DNA from: Octopus vulgaris
Taxonomy: Eukaryota
DNA: 64,000 bases
Reading direction: 5' to 3'
Assembly: GCA_951406725.2 (NCBI GenBank)
Contig: OX597814.1
Span: forward strand, 102,734,001 to 102,798,000
The notes below the pieces were generated by a model that saw only the letters and a program-made list of their open reading frames with translations, was not told the origin of the DNA and searched no databases. This document shows, piece by piece, positions 24,389-39,734 of this stretch. Within the stretch, counting starts at the first letter, position 1; the number at the start of each line of letters is the position of its first letter. Made by a program: the position numbers and the translations under genes.

Positions 24389-27300
24389 AATTGGGTTACT
24401 TTTTCGAAAAAAGGATTTGCACAGATACCTCAGTCATATGATCTCATCTCTTTTATGAGGTGTTAAGGGGAAAATCTATTCTATAATTTTTTTCTCTCTC
24501 TTTTCTGTTACTTTTCCTCTCAAATCCCAGTTAATATATTTTTCTTGCTTTTGTTTTTATACTTTGTTCCTTACATACACTTCTGCTGCTGTATTTCTGT
24601 CCAGTGTTACCTTTGTTTAGCAACACTTTCAGAAATTTATCCAACTTTAATCAGCACACAGTCTTATCTTCTTGACAACTCTAGTCAGCAATGTTCAGAA
24701 ATTTAGCTAATAATATTATTTCAGAGCAAATGTTTCAGAGGAATTCTTCCACAGATTTGTAAAAACCACGTTATGCATCTGTTTTGTATAATATTTTCCT
24801 TTAGTCTTTAAAACACGGTAGGTATTGAGGATGCTTCTTCTGTCATCTGATGTTCTGAAATTATAGAGAAACAGCAGTGTAAAGTGTAGAGGCTACTTAT
24901 AAAATAGAGATTCAATTCTATGGAGATAAACTGCAGAAACAAACATTTACTTTAACGAAGGAGTTCCATAAAGAAATGCCAATCTCTCAAAGTAGATGGA
25001 AGTGGGACACCCAAGAAGATATGGGAGAGTTTCAGGTGATATGATAAAGACAAAGATGCCTGGCACCCAGCTGTACCCAAGAAGACCTGTACTCCTCAGA
25101 AATATTCAGACTCATCCGTTTGGTGGCAAAAAACACTTGTGACCTTTCTTCATAAAAGCAGATGTGCAGTGCCATGTCAAAGTGGCACCACATAAAAGCA
25201 ACCTGTGAACTGTGAGGTGGTTGACATGAGGAAGGGCATTTAGCTCTCGGAACCATAAAAATTCACACTGGAGTGTGCTGCAACTCCCCAGCTTGCCAAC
25301 CCAGCTCAAACCATCGAATCGCTTCCAGTATAGACAACATATATCAAAAGATGACGATGAACTTCATTTATTAAAATTTACATCATAGAATCTTGTGTGA
25401 AGCTTCTATATTTGTAAACTCCACTGACACCTTCACATTGTGTAAGAGTTTTAAAATAAAACTACAGAATAATGGACACTAACATTAATCTTTCTCCAGA
25501 AATATAACTTGACATTGTTGTTTAGATCCAGGTCAGTTCTCACAGGAGCAGACATGTGATCATAGACATTCCATCCATGAACATCCTGTCTATTTCTCTA
25601 ACATTCTATATCTATAATTATGTCATTCAATACAGTTTTCAATATTTGTAACCCATAGGAGAAATTGAAGAGAAATGTGCTGTTATTTCTAGTAGGTCAT
25701 GTTGTCACATGGAGAACTGCTGGAACTACATTTTTTATGATAGATGAAGCAAGAATAAACATTGATGAATGATGAAAAGCCAAGAAAATTAGGTAAAAAA
25801 ATTTTGAACAACTTTGTTTTCCAACCATGTGATTTCAAGTTCAGTCTCACAGAGCAGCACCTTGAGCAAGTGTCTTCTTTAATAGCAGCAGTGCATCTAA
25901 AGCCATCTGAGTGGATTTCATACACAGAAACTCAAAGAAGGTAGTCCTGTGTGATTTTGTGTCTTCATATCACTTAACACATGTCAATGCACATCAACAT
26001 GAAAATATGTGCAGACATGGGGAAATATTACCTTGCTTGGAAACTAGTGAGGGTTCACAAGAAGAAGGCCATCTGGCAGAAAAACGTCTGCCTGACCCAC
26101 AAAAGAATGGAAAAGTGGTTTTTCTTAGCGGGTACTTGTTTTGCACATCATTATCATTATCATCACCATCGTTTTATTGTGAAAATTTTTATGCTTGCAT
26201 GAGTCAAATTCTTTTTCTGTACTATACACTTAAACGGGTAGGGTAAAAAAAACTCTTTTTAAACACACACACAAAAAAAGGCCATGAAATTGATGAAAAT
26301 TGCTGAAGTATATATCCATCAATTAATTTTTGTTTGTGTCAGATAAATTATTCTTTCATTTGTATCAGAAAAAAAGTTATGGTAAATTTTGATCCAATTC
26401 TCTTCCCCAGTCTCATCTGCAAATGAAACATCACTTAGGTATTATTTGATTCTTTCACTCGCACGATTTTGAGTAAGAAAAAAAAAATTCCAATGATTCC
26501 GGGATATGGTGGGCGAACCCCCTCCCTACTTTTCGGAACAAAAATAAGAACTTTGCAGCATACTAGGTCAGGGTACTTGATACCACGCAAAAAAATACGA
26601 GTTTTTTTTTTTTTGTGGGGGGGATTTGGTAGACAGAAACTGAAAGATCCCCGTCGTACACAAACACACACACGTGTGTGTGTTTGTGTCCCGTGACCGC
26701 TTGACAATCAGTGTTGCTGTATTTAGTTCTTCATAGCTTAATGATTCGTCAAAAGGCAACAACAGAATAAGAACTAGGCTAAAAAAAATAAGTTCTGATG
26801 TCGATTTGTTCAAAAGCGGTGCTCCAGCATGGCCACAGTCAGGTGATTGAATCAAGTAAAAGAGTAATTCCACATCATCGTCTTCCTTCTTCGTGAACAT
26901 CCATCGTCCTTCTATAGTCTGTGTATGGATGCTGTCATCATTTGGATCAACAAAACTGAGTGAATCGCTGACAATTTAACGGGGGTATACAAGTTGCCGA
27001 GACCCACACAGGAACACCTCAATCGAATATCAAACGGGTTTCATGAAATATTCGTATATTACTGTCGCCACTTCTGGTTTCTATCGTAAAATACACTTTT
27101 TGAAGGACAATTTACTTTCATAGAATATAGATTTTTTTATTTAACAACAGATTTTTAGGGAAAGAAAGAAAAAACCATTAAAAGTATAAAAGATTAAACC
27201 CCCCGCCACCCATCTTCTACTGGTTAATCCTTTCCCACTTCTTTCGTTCCCTTTGTTTCGTTGGTGAAGTAATTCCCTTTTTCTTCTGTCGATTATTTCA

Positions 27301-27409
27301 CCTTTTAATACTTTCTCTTTCACCATCTAAAAATATTTTGCCAAATAAGAATTTATATTTTATTATACGAACAAAAACAAATTCATCCTTTAACGACGGT
27401 AAACATTAT

Positions 27410-28179
27410 GGTTAATATAGGGCGTTACGATTATCAGAAAATCAAAAAAAAAATGTGTGTAATAGGTGTAAAACAACTTCCTATGAACGAATATGAAAAA
27501 AAAAATTCGCGCACGCGAAAGGGGGGTGGGGAGAGGCCTCGGAAAATTCACATCGGGAAGTTCCGAAAGCGTCTGAGGAGCTGACCCGGGCACCAAAACA
27601 AAAACAAAAATAGTGTAATATGTGTAAAACAACTTGCTCTAAACGAATATGACAAAAAAAAATGCGCTCTCGCGAAAGAGGGGTGGGTGAGAGGCCTCGG
27701 AATATTTATATCGGGAATTTCCGAAAGCGTCTGAACCGGGCACAAAAACAAAAACAGCGTAATAGGTGTAAAACAACTTGCTCTAAACGACTATCATGAA
27801 AAAAATGCGCGCTCGCGATAGGGGGTGGGGGAGAGGCTTCGGAAATTTCACATCTTCAGTCCACGGCCTTTAAACTAAGAAAAAATAGTGTAATTGGTGT
27901 AAAACTACTTGTTCTAAACGAGTATCAAGAACACACACTCACACATGAATCATAAACTCCGTATTTTTGTACATATTTCGCAAAAAAAAAATAAATAAAG
28001 AGAAGAAATTCTGGAAAAAGTGAAGAAATGTTGGATCTCATTCCTTGGTTAAAGCTATTTTAAACATTAAATTTATGCTTTTCTTTGAAATAGTTCAGAT
28101 ATATATATAATTCTTCTCACTTATTAAGATGCATTTATCAGATTTGATTTTCTGATAATCGTAACGCCCTATATTAACC
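27410..28179. mobile_element. Non-autonomous DNA transposon, Merlin-like (GG ends, 8-bp TSD)
   Basis: Perfect 37-bp TIRs GGTTAATATAGGGCGTTACGATTATCAGAAAATCAAA; TSD AACATTAT at 27402-09 and 28180-87; internal tandem subrepeats; absent from the paralogous site near 40975. Confidence 0.88.
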
Positions 28180-28758
28180 AACATTATTAGGCGCAACTTC
28201 GATATGGGTACCGGAAGTACCGGATACATTTCAAGAAAGTGTTTTTTTTTTTATATATATGGGGGGTTAGGGTTTGTGTTATGGGTGGGAGAAAAGGGTT
28301 TCTGCTATCTTCGGAAATGTAAACAAAACCACGTCCTTTACTTATGGTACCTATACCGACGGATCGCCCATAATTATAACCAAGAGTTGCAATGGTGTTT
28401 GGTGGCTTAAAAACGGGTGCAAATCATATTTTTATAACTTTTTCATAAAAGGCCCCACCCCCAAATTTTCAAATGAGTGGTGAAGATAATTTTTAAAAAT
28501 CCCCCTCAAAATGAATAATATCCAAATTATGTGGATGAGCTATTTCGACACTTGGCCTTATTTTTCAGCATAATTTTCAATCTACAGGTATGAGGAAATA
28601 AACTCGACGTGTATAAATTATCCACAACCTCCATTCAGTTGTACTTTTCTTTTCACAACAAATTCCTACTTAATCCTTATCTCCACCATCTGAAAAGGTA
28701 CTTTCAGAAAGTTATGAGGAAACAAATTACTAGTTGGTTGGGCACACATCGAAATTAA

Positions 28759-28930
28759 GGTACTATTTATAAAGAGTGGTCCCGGTGCGCGCACTCGCTC
28801 ATTCGCGCTAGCTAGTCGTGACTAGTCGATCCTACAACGACTATCTAGCAAAATAAATAAAAGACAAAAACAGAGAGTAAGCGCAGATGCGCGAGTACGC
28901 GCACCGGGACCATTCTTCTTAAATAGTACC
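28759..28930. mobile_element. CpG-rich MITE (GG ends, ~9-bp TSD; Merlin or MULE)
   Basis: ~40-bp imperfect TIRs GGTACTATTTA..GGTCCCGGTGCGCG; flanks CGAAATTAA / CGATAGTAA; empty paralog CATCGATAGTAAT at ~42228. Confidence 0.75.
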
Positions 28931-29322
28931 CGATAGTAATAGCGAGAAACAATCGATAAATTAAAATAAAGTATTGGTTTCCAAACATTTCAGTGGTTGG
29001 AAAGTATTTCGGAATATCTCTCAAACTAAAACGCTAAACAAACTAACCATGCAACGACGGAGAGGGCAGAAGGTAGCTTCCATAGCTAGAAATAGCAGCC
29101 AAATCACGAACAGATCATAGACATCTTTTTTCTAAAGTTAGAAATAGCAGCCAAATCTCGCACAAATCATAAACATATCTCTTTCGTAGCTATAAATAGC
29201 AGCCAAATCTTGCACAAATCATGGACATCTCGCATTCATAAAAGAGCGAAGAGGAGCAAAGAATTACGCGCCAAAAACCAAAAATAAAAAAAAACATTGA
29301 ATATTCTCATTGTTTAATACTT

Positions 29323-29510
29323 ACGCAAATGTCTCGTAAAAGATAGTGTTATTTATATGTGTATGTGTTGGTTGAAAAATGCATCATAAGTCCTTATTTT
29401 AAGTATTATAAACATATCATTATTATTATCAGCTGATTAAAAGAAATTCATTCAAAGGACATTTGACCGGAAGTCAATATCCTTGAAGCACGTTTAATGC
29501 GCATGCGTAT
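29323..29510 (-). promoter_or_regulatory. Promoter/non-coding exon 1 of ZNF gene 1 (module copy B)
   Basis: TGCGCATGCG at 29498-507, CCGGAAGT at 29467-74, GTAAGT donor at 29324. Confidence 0.65.
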
Positions 29511-29860
29511 TTCCCCTCCTGTAATATTCCAAACAGCAAAGTCTAATTATCTCCCGTTACCTATCTTTATATGCTTTTCTATTTTAGGCACAAGGCCCAA
29601 AATTTTGGATGAGGGTGTAGTACTCAACAGGCCCTTAATTTATCGACCCTAAAAGGATTAAAGTCGATCTTTTATTTATTTATATTGAGAGCATTCAGTG
29701 TGCGTGCTGTCGTATTTCAAGTATATTCCGAAATGCTGTATCAGACTATGGATAATTAAATTATAACAGTTATTATAGTGCATTGTTGTGCCATTCAAGA
29801 CACTTTATTTTTTTACAAACAATACACAATGCTTCAAGCGAACTACAATACTCTCCCATA

Positions 29861-30312
29861 TAGGAGTGGCTATGTGGTAAGTAGCTTGCTTACGAACCAC
29901 ATGGTTCCGGGTTCAGTCCCACTACGTGGCACCTTGGGCAAGTGTCTTCTACTATAGTCTCGAGCAGACCAAAGCCTTGTGAGTGGATTTGGTAGACGGA
30001 AACTGAAAGAAGCCCGTCGTATATATGTATATATATATGTATGTGTGTGTATATGTTTGTTTGTCTGTTTGTCCCCCCAACATCGCTTGACAACCGATGC
30101 TGGTGTGTTTACGTCCCTGTAACCTAGCAGTTCAAGAAGCTTGACAACCGATGCTGGTGTGTTTACGTCCCTGTAACCTAGCAGTTCAACAAAAAGAGCT
30201 CGATAGAATAAGTACTAGGATTACAAAGAATAAGTCCTGGGGTCGATTTTCTCGACTAAAGGCGGTGCTCCAGCATAGCCACAGTCACGTGACTGAAACA
30301 AGTAAAAGAGTA
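29861..30312 (+). mobile_element. tRNA-derived SINE with CORE-like region and a ~54-bp internal duplication
   Basis: TGGCTATGTGGT A-box, GGTTCAGTCCC B-box, ACCTTGGGCAAGTG core; GCTTGACAACCGATGCTGG.. duplicated at 30085-30190. Relatives near 40085, 12050, 25820 and 47270. Confidence 0.75.
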
Positions 30313-30316
30313 AAGA

Positions 30317-30349
<33 letters not shown>

Positions 30350-30584
30350 AATTGAGATAGGGGTTGCAAATTCAACCCTCCATGGAATAACATATTTATA
30401 TCTATTTATATTTATTTATTTATATCCTCTTATAATGATTGTACCTATTGTATTGTATTACTCATTCATGTACGCTGTTTTGTTTAACCTTAATGTTCTT
30501 ATGTAGTGGTTCAATAAAATATGTGATTGGGTATTATCTGGTAGTTGATTAATGATTTAGATGTATTTCTCCATTTTCTGATTT

Positions 30585-30663
<79 letters not shown>

Positions 30664-31064
30664 AATGATATAAAAGTTTTAGTAAGAGTGTGGGAGAATG
30701 TTGGGTTGGAGAGAAGGCAGAAGAAGCAGTGTTTTATATAGATGCTTCTCGAAGTGTCCTTTCATTCACAACCGAAAAACTATAAACTTTGAAGGACTTG
30801 CTTTCTGTTTCTAGAAAGATGTGAGAAAATATGTTGGTCTCTTTCTTTTATAAATTCTTCTCAATTGTCCTTCAAATTTTTACATGACAAACATAGTGAA
30901 TTGAAAGTCACACGGCTTCTGTTTCTAGAATGAAGAATACCACGTATGGGAAAAGATTTTAGAAATGTTTCTTAATGTCCCTTTTAATTATTTAATGAAA
31001 ACAAATGCCAATTTGAGGGCAGTTGGCTGTTATTTCTAGCATAATGTGAAATCATGTTGAGGAC

Positions 31065-31665
31065 ATGATTTTTCTTCCTTCATTTCTCTCATTCTTTCCT
31101 TCTTTCATTTTCGTTATTTCTTTGTTTTTCTTTCTGTTTTTCATTTCCTTCTTCTTACCCTTCATTCTCTTTTCTTTTCTCGCTCTTATCTCTCCTTCTC
31201 CTTTGCTTCTTTCCTCTTCCTTCCTTTTTCTCTCTCTCCCTCTCGCCCTGTTCTTATCTTTCTCTTTTTTTTCCTTCTTTTTCCCATCTTTCCTTCTTTC
31301 TTCCTTTCCTTCTTTCCGCTTTCATCCTTTCTATCTTTCCTTCTTTTCCCTTTCTATTTTTTCTTTCTTTCTATCTCGCCTTCTTTCCTTTTCCTTTCTT
31401 TCTCCCTTCCTTTCTTTCTTTCTCGCCCTCGCTCTCATCTTTTTGTCTATTACGGAATCACTTCGCTTTCTTTCTTTCTTTCTTCCGCTCTCATTTCATG
31501 CATTATTACAGAATCACGTTACTTTATTCCTTCCCTCCTAGCTTCTTTCGTTCCTTCTTTATTCTCTTTTCTTTCTCTCTCTCTCATTCTCTTTCCTTCT
31601 TTTTACTCTCTCTCTCTCTTTCATTCTTTCCTTCTTTTTACTCTCTCTCATTCTCTTTCTTTCTG
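31065..31665. repeat. CT-rich low-complexity tract
   Basis: (CT)/(CTTT)-type repeats; a second tract lies at 32375-32730. Confidence 0.9.
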
Positions 31666-31859
31666 CGATGGTGTGATGTCTTGAATTGAGCGTGACATGA
31701 ATTAAAGTGAGCGATGGTTGCACAATAGCATCTGGCTCACTCTCTCGGCCCTTCCTATGTGATTCCAGTTGAAGGATGAAGTCAAGAAAACTACAGACAG
31801 GTTGCAGTTCACCCTCCACAAAGCTTGCTGGTCCGTTGAGCCTGTCTAGTGGTTTCCTC

Positions 31860-32335
31860 AGCACACTCAACCGGTTCACATCCTTAGGTAGACAAGCCCT
31901 AGACCACCAATGGTTAAAGGCCGTTTGCTACCCTTCCCATGGTTTACCCAGCCTGTGGAAGACGTGGCCCTGGGTGTGGATACTATTGCATGCAGATACC
32001 ATTGATGACTCACAGATGAGAGGTGGGTGTCACAGGAGGACCAAAGCGGTTGGACTACTCCAAAGAACATTACATATGCCCTTGACGGAGGTACTAATTG
32101 ACCCAGATACATCTTGCACCCTAGAAAAGGATTACAAGGGCAAAGAAAGCTTGAATGATGCGGGTCCAAAACCGACTCTTTGCTTTCACACCCAGCAGAC
32201 AACCATTGCCCGACCTGTGGCGGAAACTTCCCAGCACGTATCGGACTGGACGACCACTGCCGGACACACCTTTACCCATCTCCTTCTCCCATGTAATGTA
32301 TTTGGTCATCGTCGACAACGACGGAAGAACTAATA
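31860..32335 (+). mobile_element. Internally deleted RTE-derived element
   Basis: RTE-type C-terminal CPTCGGNFPARIGL..HCRTH and 3' end GGTCATCGTCGACAACGACGGAAGAAC. Confidence 0.5.
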
Positions 32336-33670
32336 CCCGCCTCTGACTTGCTATTCTCAAACGATGAAAAATGACTCTCTCTCTCTCCTACCTGTCTCTG
32401 GCACCGTTGTGTCACCCGTCCCTCTCTTCCTGCCTGTTTGTCTCTCTCTCTCTCTCTCTCACTCGCACTCTATCTCTGTCTTCCTCTCTCTTTCTTTCTC
32501 CTCTTTCACTCTCTGTCTCCCTCTATCTCCCTTTTTCTCTTTCTCCCACTCTCTCTCTCTTACTCATTCTCCATCTCTCACTCCCACTCTATCTCTGTCT
32601 TCCTCTCTTTCTCTTTCTTTCTCCTCTTTCTCTCTCTGTCCCTATCTGTCTCCCTCTCTCCCCCCTTCTCTTTCTCCCACTCTCTCTCTTACTCATTCTC
32701 CCTCTCTCGCTTTGTCTCTCTCTCTCTCCAATGCCTGCCTGATAGCCAGCATAATTCCTCTCGGCGAAGAAACAATGCCTTCCTCTCTCTGTGTTCCTGT
32801 TATTGCCCCGCGACTCGCAGTTTTCTATTTCCATCGAGCGACATCGAGAAACAAAACAATCAGATGGACACACTGAACAGAGCCAGCAACCAGAGAAGGG
32901 CGCTAATGAGGCTCCAGCCTGGTTTCGACCAATACTGATATCTTGACGTTGAAGATGCATATTCTGGTGGGTAGAACCATCTTTTCCGGCATCGTTCAGT
33001 TTTGATGATTTCCCGAGTGATTCATGTCGCCGATGTCGTTGGATATTGCTAACCTCTTTGCACCGAGCTACACCACGTCTCGGATACTGGATCATGTCTT
33101 TCGCAAGAATAGATACAACAGACCGGAGTGTGGTAACTGTTCTCTTGAGCAAGTTTCTCCGAAGAGAATCACTAATCGTAAACTAACGATGGTTTTCACC
33201 TCGTCGATTGAACGGATGGCCGCCTGACTGATAGTTTGTTTTTTTTTCGCATGATCGGACGGTGACGGTAAGCGGATTGATTTCGGATCACCGTTTGAGC
33301 AATTCCACTGAAACACGGTCGCACTCGCCAAAATTGGCGGGATGTTTATATTGTGGCCCACGAAAGAGACGGTTATCTGCGTCAGAGAAGCGGAAGCGAA
33401 TCAACGGTTTGAATAACACTCGAACATACACACGCAAGAAGCGACCTTTGCAACTTCATTTTATTGTCCAATGAAGGACGGAAAGAAAATTTGACTGAAA
33501 CAGGTATCAATTCAATATTGAACCTCAACGAAAGAATTTAATTAACAACATTAAGGGAAGTATTACTGCTTATTCTACAAGAGTTATTGCCCTTGAACTG
33601 TTAAATTAAAGTTTTCATCTTCAGGGCGATGATATCCAGTATTGCAGCTGTGATGGTTCCGTATGTATGA

Positions 33671-36272
<2,602 letters not shown>

Positions 36273-36286
36273 TTATATATATACAC

Positions 36287-36317
<31 letters not shown>

Positions 36318-36453
36318 TATATATATATACACACACATATATATATGCACACACACACACACATACATAAATATATATATATACTCACATACATACATAT
36401 ATAAATACATACATACATATATACACACGCACGCACACACACACACACATATA

Positions 36454-36899
36454 TATATTATATTAAATTAGAGATAAAACCACTATTAGGCAAATCATAC
36501 AATGAAAAACTTAAGCCAATACATAAGATTAATTAATTTATATTATTTAAATATATATCAAAATTATTAAAAAAGATAATTAATATAACACTACGATCGT
36601 TTCATGGCTGTTCAATTCTTAAAATTTTCGAGTTACAGTCATTCTTCAGGTGGTTTACATATTTAACTTGATTAAACTTCGCCAAGTTAAATATGTAAAC
36701 CACCTGAAGAATGACTGTAACTCGAAAATTTTAAGAATTGAACAGCCATGAAACGATCGTAGTGTTATATTAATTATCTTTTTTAATAATTTTGATATAT
36801 ATTTAAATAATATAAATTAATTAATCTTATGTATTGGCTTAAGTTTTTCATTGTATGATTTGCCTAATAGTGGTTTTATCTCTAATTTAATATAATATA
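36454..36899. repeat. Apparently perfect palindrome (217-bp arms, 12-nt spacer), inverted Penelope-type terminal repeats
   Basis: 36454-36670 is the reverse complement of 36683-36899; spacer ATTAAACTTCGC. Confidence 0.92.
36692..36770 (+). ncRNA. Type I hammerhead ribozyme (mirror copy on the minus strand at ~36583-36661)
   Basis: CAC/GTG stem I, CTGAAGA at 36704-10, stem II ATGACTGT/ACAGCCAT, GAAA at 36750-53, palindromic stem III ACGATCGT, GTA cleavage triplet ending at 36761. Confidence 0.75.
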
Positions 36900-38689
36900 A
36901 TATTTTACTATAAAATTGGATTCAAACCTAAATCTGATTTTTCCCTGTAAGTTTGGATTTATTCCCTAATATTTTATTATATATATATATATATGTATAT
37001 ATATATACAGAGGTGAGAGAGACAGAAATACACACAGACAGACAGATTCAACACATGATCTCAAGAGATTCTCAATGTAGAAAACACTTAGCAGCTACCA
37101 AACAGATTCAACTTACACTCCAAAAGCTTTACCGAGATCAAGTCCCCGACATGAAGATTTGTTGCAACAGAAATCCATGGATACACGGAGATAAAGACAA
37201 AGCAGAGAGTGGAACATTTTCAGTCTTTGCTTCCTCTCTAACTTCTATCCATTGATATTTATTTTACATATCAATCGCAAGAAGTTTTACATGTTTATTT
37301 GCATCATTCTCTCACTTTTTGTCTCTCTTTCTCTCTTTGTATCGGTGTTTGCCCCCATTATGTAGCGGTTCGGCAAAAGAAATCCGATAGAATAAGACAT
37401 AGGCTAAAGAAAAATTACCGGAGTAAATTATTTTGGATTAAACCTTTACAAATTGTTGCCTCAGCATGATTGCAGTTTAATAACTGACTCAAGGAAAACA
37501 AAAGATATGCATACATACATACATACAAACATACAGAACCAGAATTTAGCATGGTATTATCCATATAATTCAAAATGAGGTGATTATAATCAAAATAAGC
37601 AACAAGGATATCCATCCAGACGTAATGCAGTACGATCGTTTCATGCGACTCCATTTAATGGAATATATATATATAAAATTATAAATTAGGGTATCTACGA
37701 GATACCACCATGCTGAAAATAGCAGCCATGAACCGACTCCAAAACCACCTTAAGTTTTCATATAGCAACATGGAGAACAGACAAAGAGACAAGATGAAAC
37801 TAGTAAAAAATGACTGGATAATTCTAGATCCTGGATTTCTGACTTTGAATTTAGTAATGCTTTGCCTCGTCAGTAGAATACACTCAGAAAGAAACATAAA
37901 TACATATATATAAATACAACATACGAATACTTTTATATACGAACGTAACGTATACATACATATATATGCATGTATGCATCAAGGCTAGTACAAAATGCCC
38001 GCTAATTCCATATGCTATATGGTAAAATATCACCGCAGTAGATACAGTGACGAAATAAATTTAAATTTATATAAATAAGGATAAGATCGTTAATTTAAAA
38101 TAAAATAACGAACTTATCAAATGGTCAGCATGGGGAAAAAATAACCTTCAAGGAATTAATTTACAGTTGTTTCATGGCTGCTATTTTCAGCATGGTGATA
38201 CCCTAATTTATAATTTTAATAATTATTACCTTTGAAGGTTATGTTTTTCCATGTGTGTATATATATACATCTTTTGTTTTCCTTCTCACATAAATTGAAT
38301 ACCCGGTTTGGACTACCAAGAACTGTAGTTAAGCTGTGATCTTTGTGGATTTTAAAATGTTCGCAAATGAAATTTGGTACAGCAATAGAAATTTCACAAA
38401 TTATGCTCACACACAAAAGATATTGTTGAGATTCATTTTCTCGTTGGTAATAACATTTTTCTTTAATTTTGTTTTCAGTTTTGATTGGGTCATCCTGGTT
38501 TCTTCAAAACTTTCACTGCAATTTTGTTTGCCATTCAACTCAGTCTGAAGCAAGTGTTTCTATGGCTTTTGGATCAATTCCAACTTACACTCCATGTGAT
38601 TTCCTTATACAGTCCTTAATATACCCCTCTCTCTCTCTCTTAATATATATATATATAGTTGTGTCTGTATATTTGAATAAGATTATTTT

Positions 38690-38950
38690 CTCTATTTATT
38701 CGATTCGTGTTTGGTCTATGGTGTTGTCCGGGCATTGGTATAGTGGAGAAACTAAGAATTTGGGGGACTTATTGTATGCACAGAGGTCTAAGTGTCCACT
38801 AAGTGGTATCTGTCTTGTGGTGGGGTCCCTCAGTTGTTGGCGGTGAACTGTCATCCTTTCTCTGGGGGTAAGGCTCGTTTGCCCTATGTAGACTTCGTGG
38901 CACCCTTCAAACCTTATGACATAGACTAAATTTTTTGATGCGCAGGTGAA
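38690..38950 (-). mobile_element. Penelope-like GIY-YIG endonuclease fragment
   Basis: NFTCASKNLVYVIRFEGCHEVYIGQTSLTPRERMTVHRQQLR..LSGHLDLC. Confidence 0.82.
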
Positions 38951-39734
38951 ATTCTTGAGAATGTATATATTTGTTGTAATCTTTTGTGCCCAATATTTCA
39001 ATGAACTTGTTAAAATTTTTTATGTTCTTAACATGCTCTTGTCACCAAAGATTGTATATATATGTATTGTAGTACTCTGTGACAACCAATATTCTGTGTG
39101 TGTTTGGATATACAGATACAATACCAATATCCCACTGAACTTTTTATAGGCCTGCGCCTATAAATCGATATATTTTTTAGAAACATATGTAAATATATCC
39201 AAATCGATATCGATATAATGACTCATATGGCACACACGAATTACTTCCTAGGATCGAACTCTGTCTGGAATAGCAGAATCGAAATGAATAATTAGTGATG
39301 ATATGAAGTAATTGGCTTCATTATGAAATAATTAACGAGTAAATTACTCTGCTTACTTTGAAGAACTTCCCAATTTATCCCTAACTGAAGTCGATGATTC
39401 ACATGCATTTAACAAGTGACAACTCCCTACTACTGTTGGCGCCATTCTCTCTTTCTACCCTCTCTCTCTCTCTCTTACAAGTAACACATACTCGCTCAGT
39501 ATCTCTCTATCGCTTATTGTCTCTCTCCCAATCAATTGCAATCACTCTTTCTCTCTCTCTCTGTTTACACATCACATTGACAAGTGATCGCATATATGTA
39601 ATTATGTACGCATAGATTTATGAATTTGTGTATGTTCCCTTTGTCTTTTTAATTTAGAAAGATGTTTGACTGAACATCTGTTTGGTAGCTGCATGTATGT
39701 ATGTATGTATATATGTGTGTGTGTGTATGTATGT

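Noticed and set aside
24718-24780. Conserved 20-aa uORF in both ZNF 5' UTRs (MHNVVFTNLWKNSSETFALK / MYNIVCTNLWKNSCETFTLE)
   Set aside because: Similarity is no higher than the surrounding duplicated UTR and many changes are non-synonymous.
28188-28375. Additional small MITE next to the 27410-28179 element
   Set aside because: Absent from the paralog, but the inverted ends are too degenerate and the TSD too ambiguous to call.
29861-29935. tRNA gene
   Set aside because: A/B boxes continue into a multi-copy SINE body and no full cloverleaf is evident.
31065-32938. Long F/S/L-rich ORFs resembling membrane proteins
   Set aside because: They are translations of CT-rich low-complexity DNA.
33024-33227. 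SRILDHVFRKNRYNRP as a Cys-loop receptor N-terminus
   Set aside because: No signal peptide, WxPD motif or Cys-loop follows; the similarity is too short.
33663-33747. N-terminal MYECTYIYIY... of the 817-aa ORF as a real start
   Set aside because: It is translated (TA)n microsatellite; the LINE is 5'-truncated inside the endonuclease domain.
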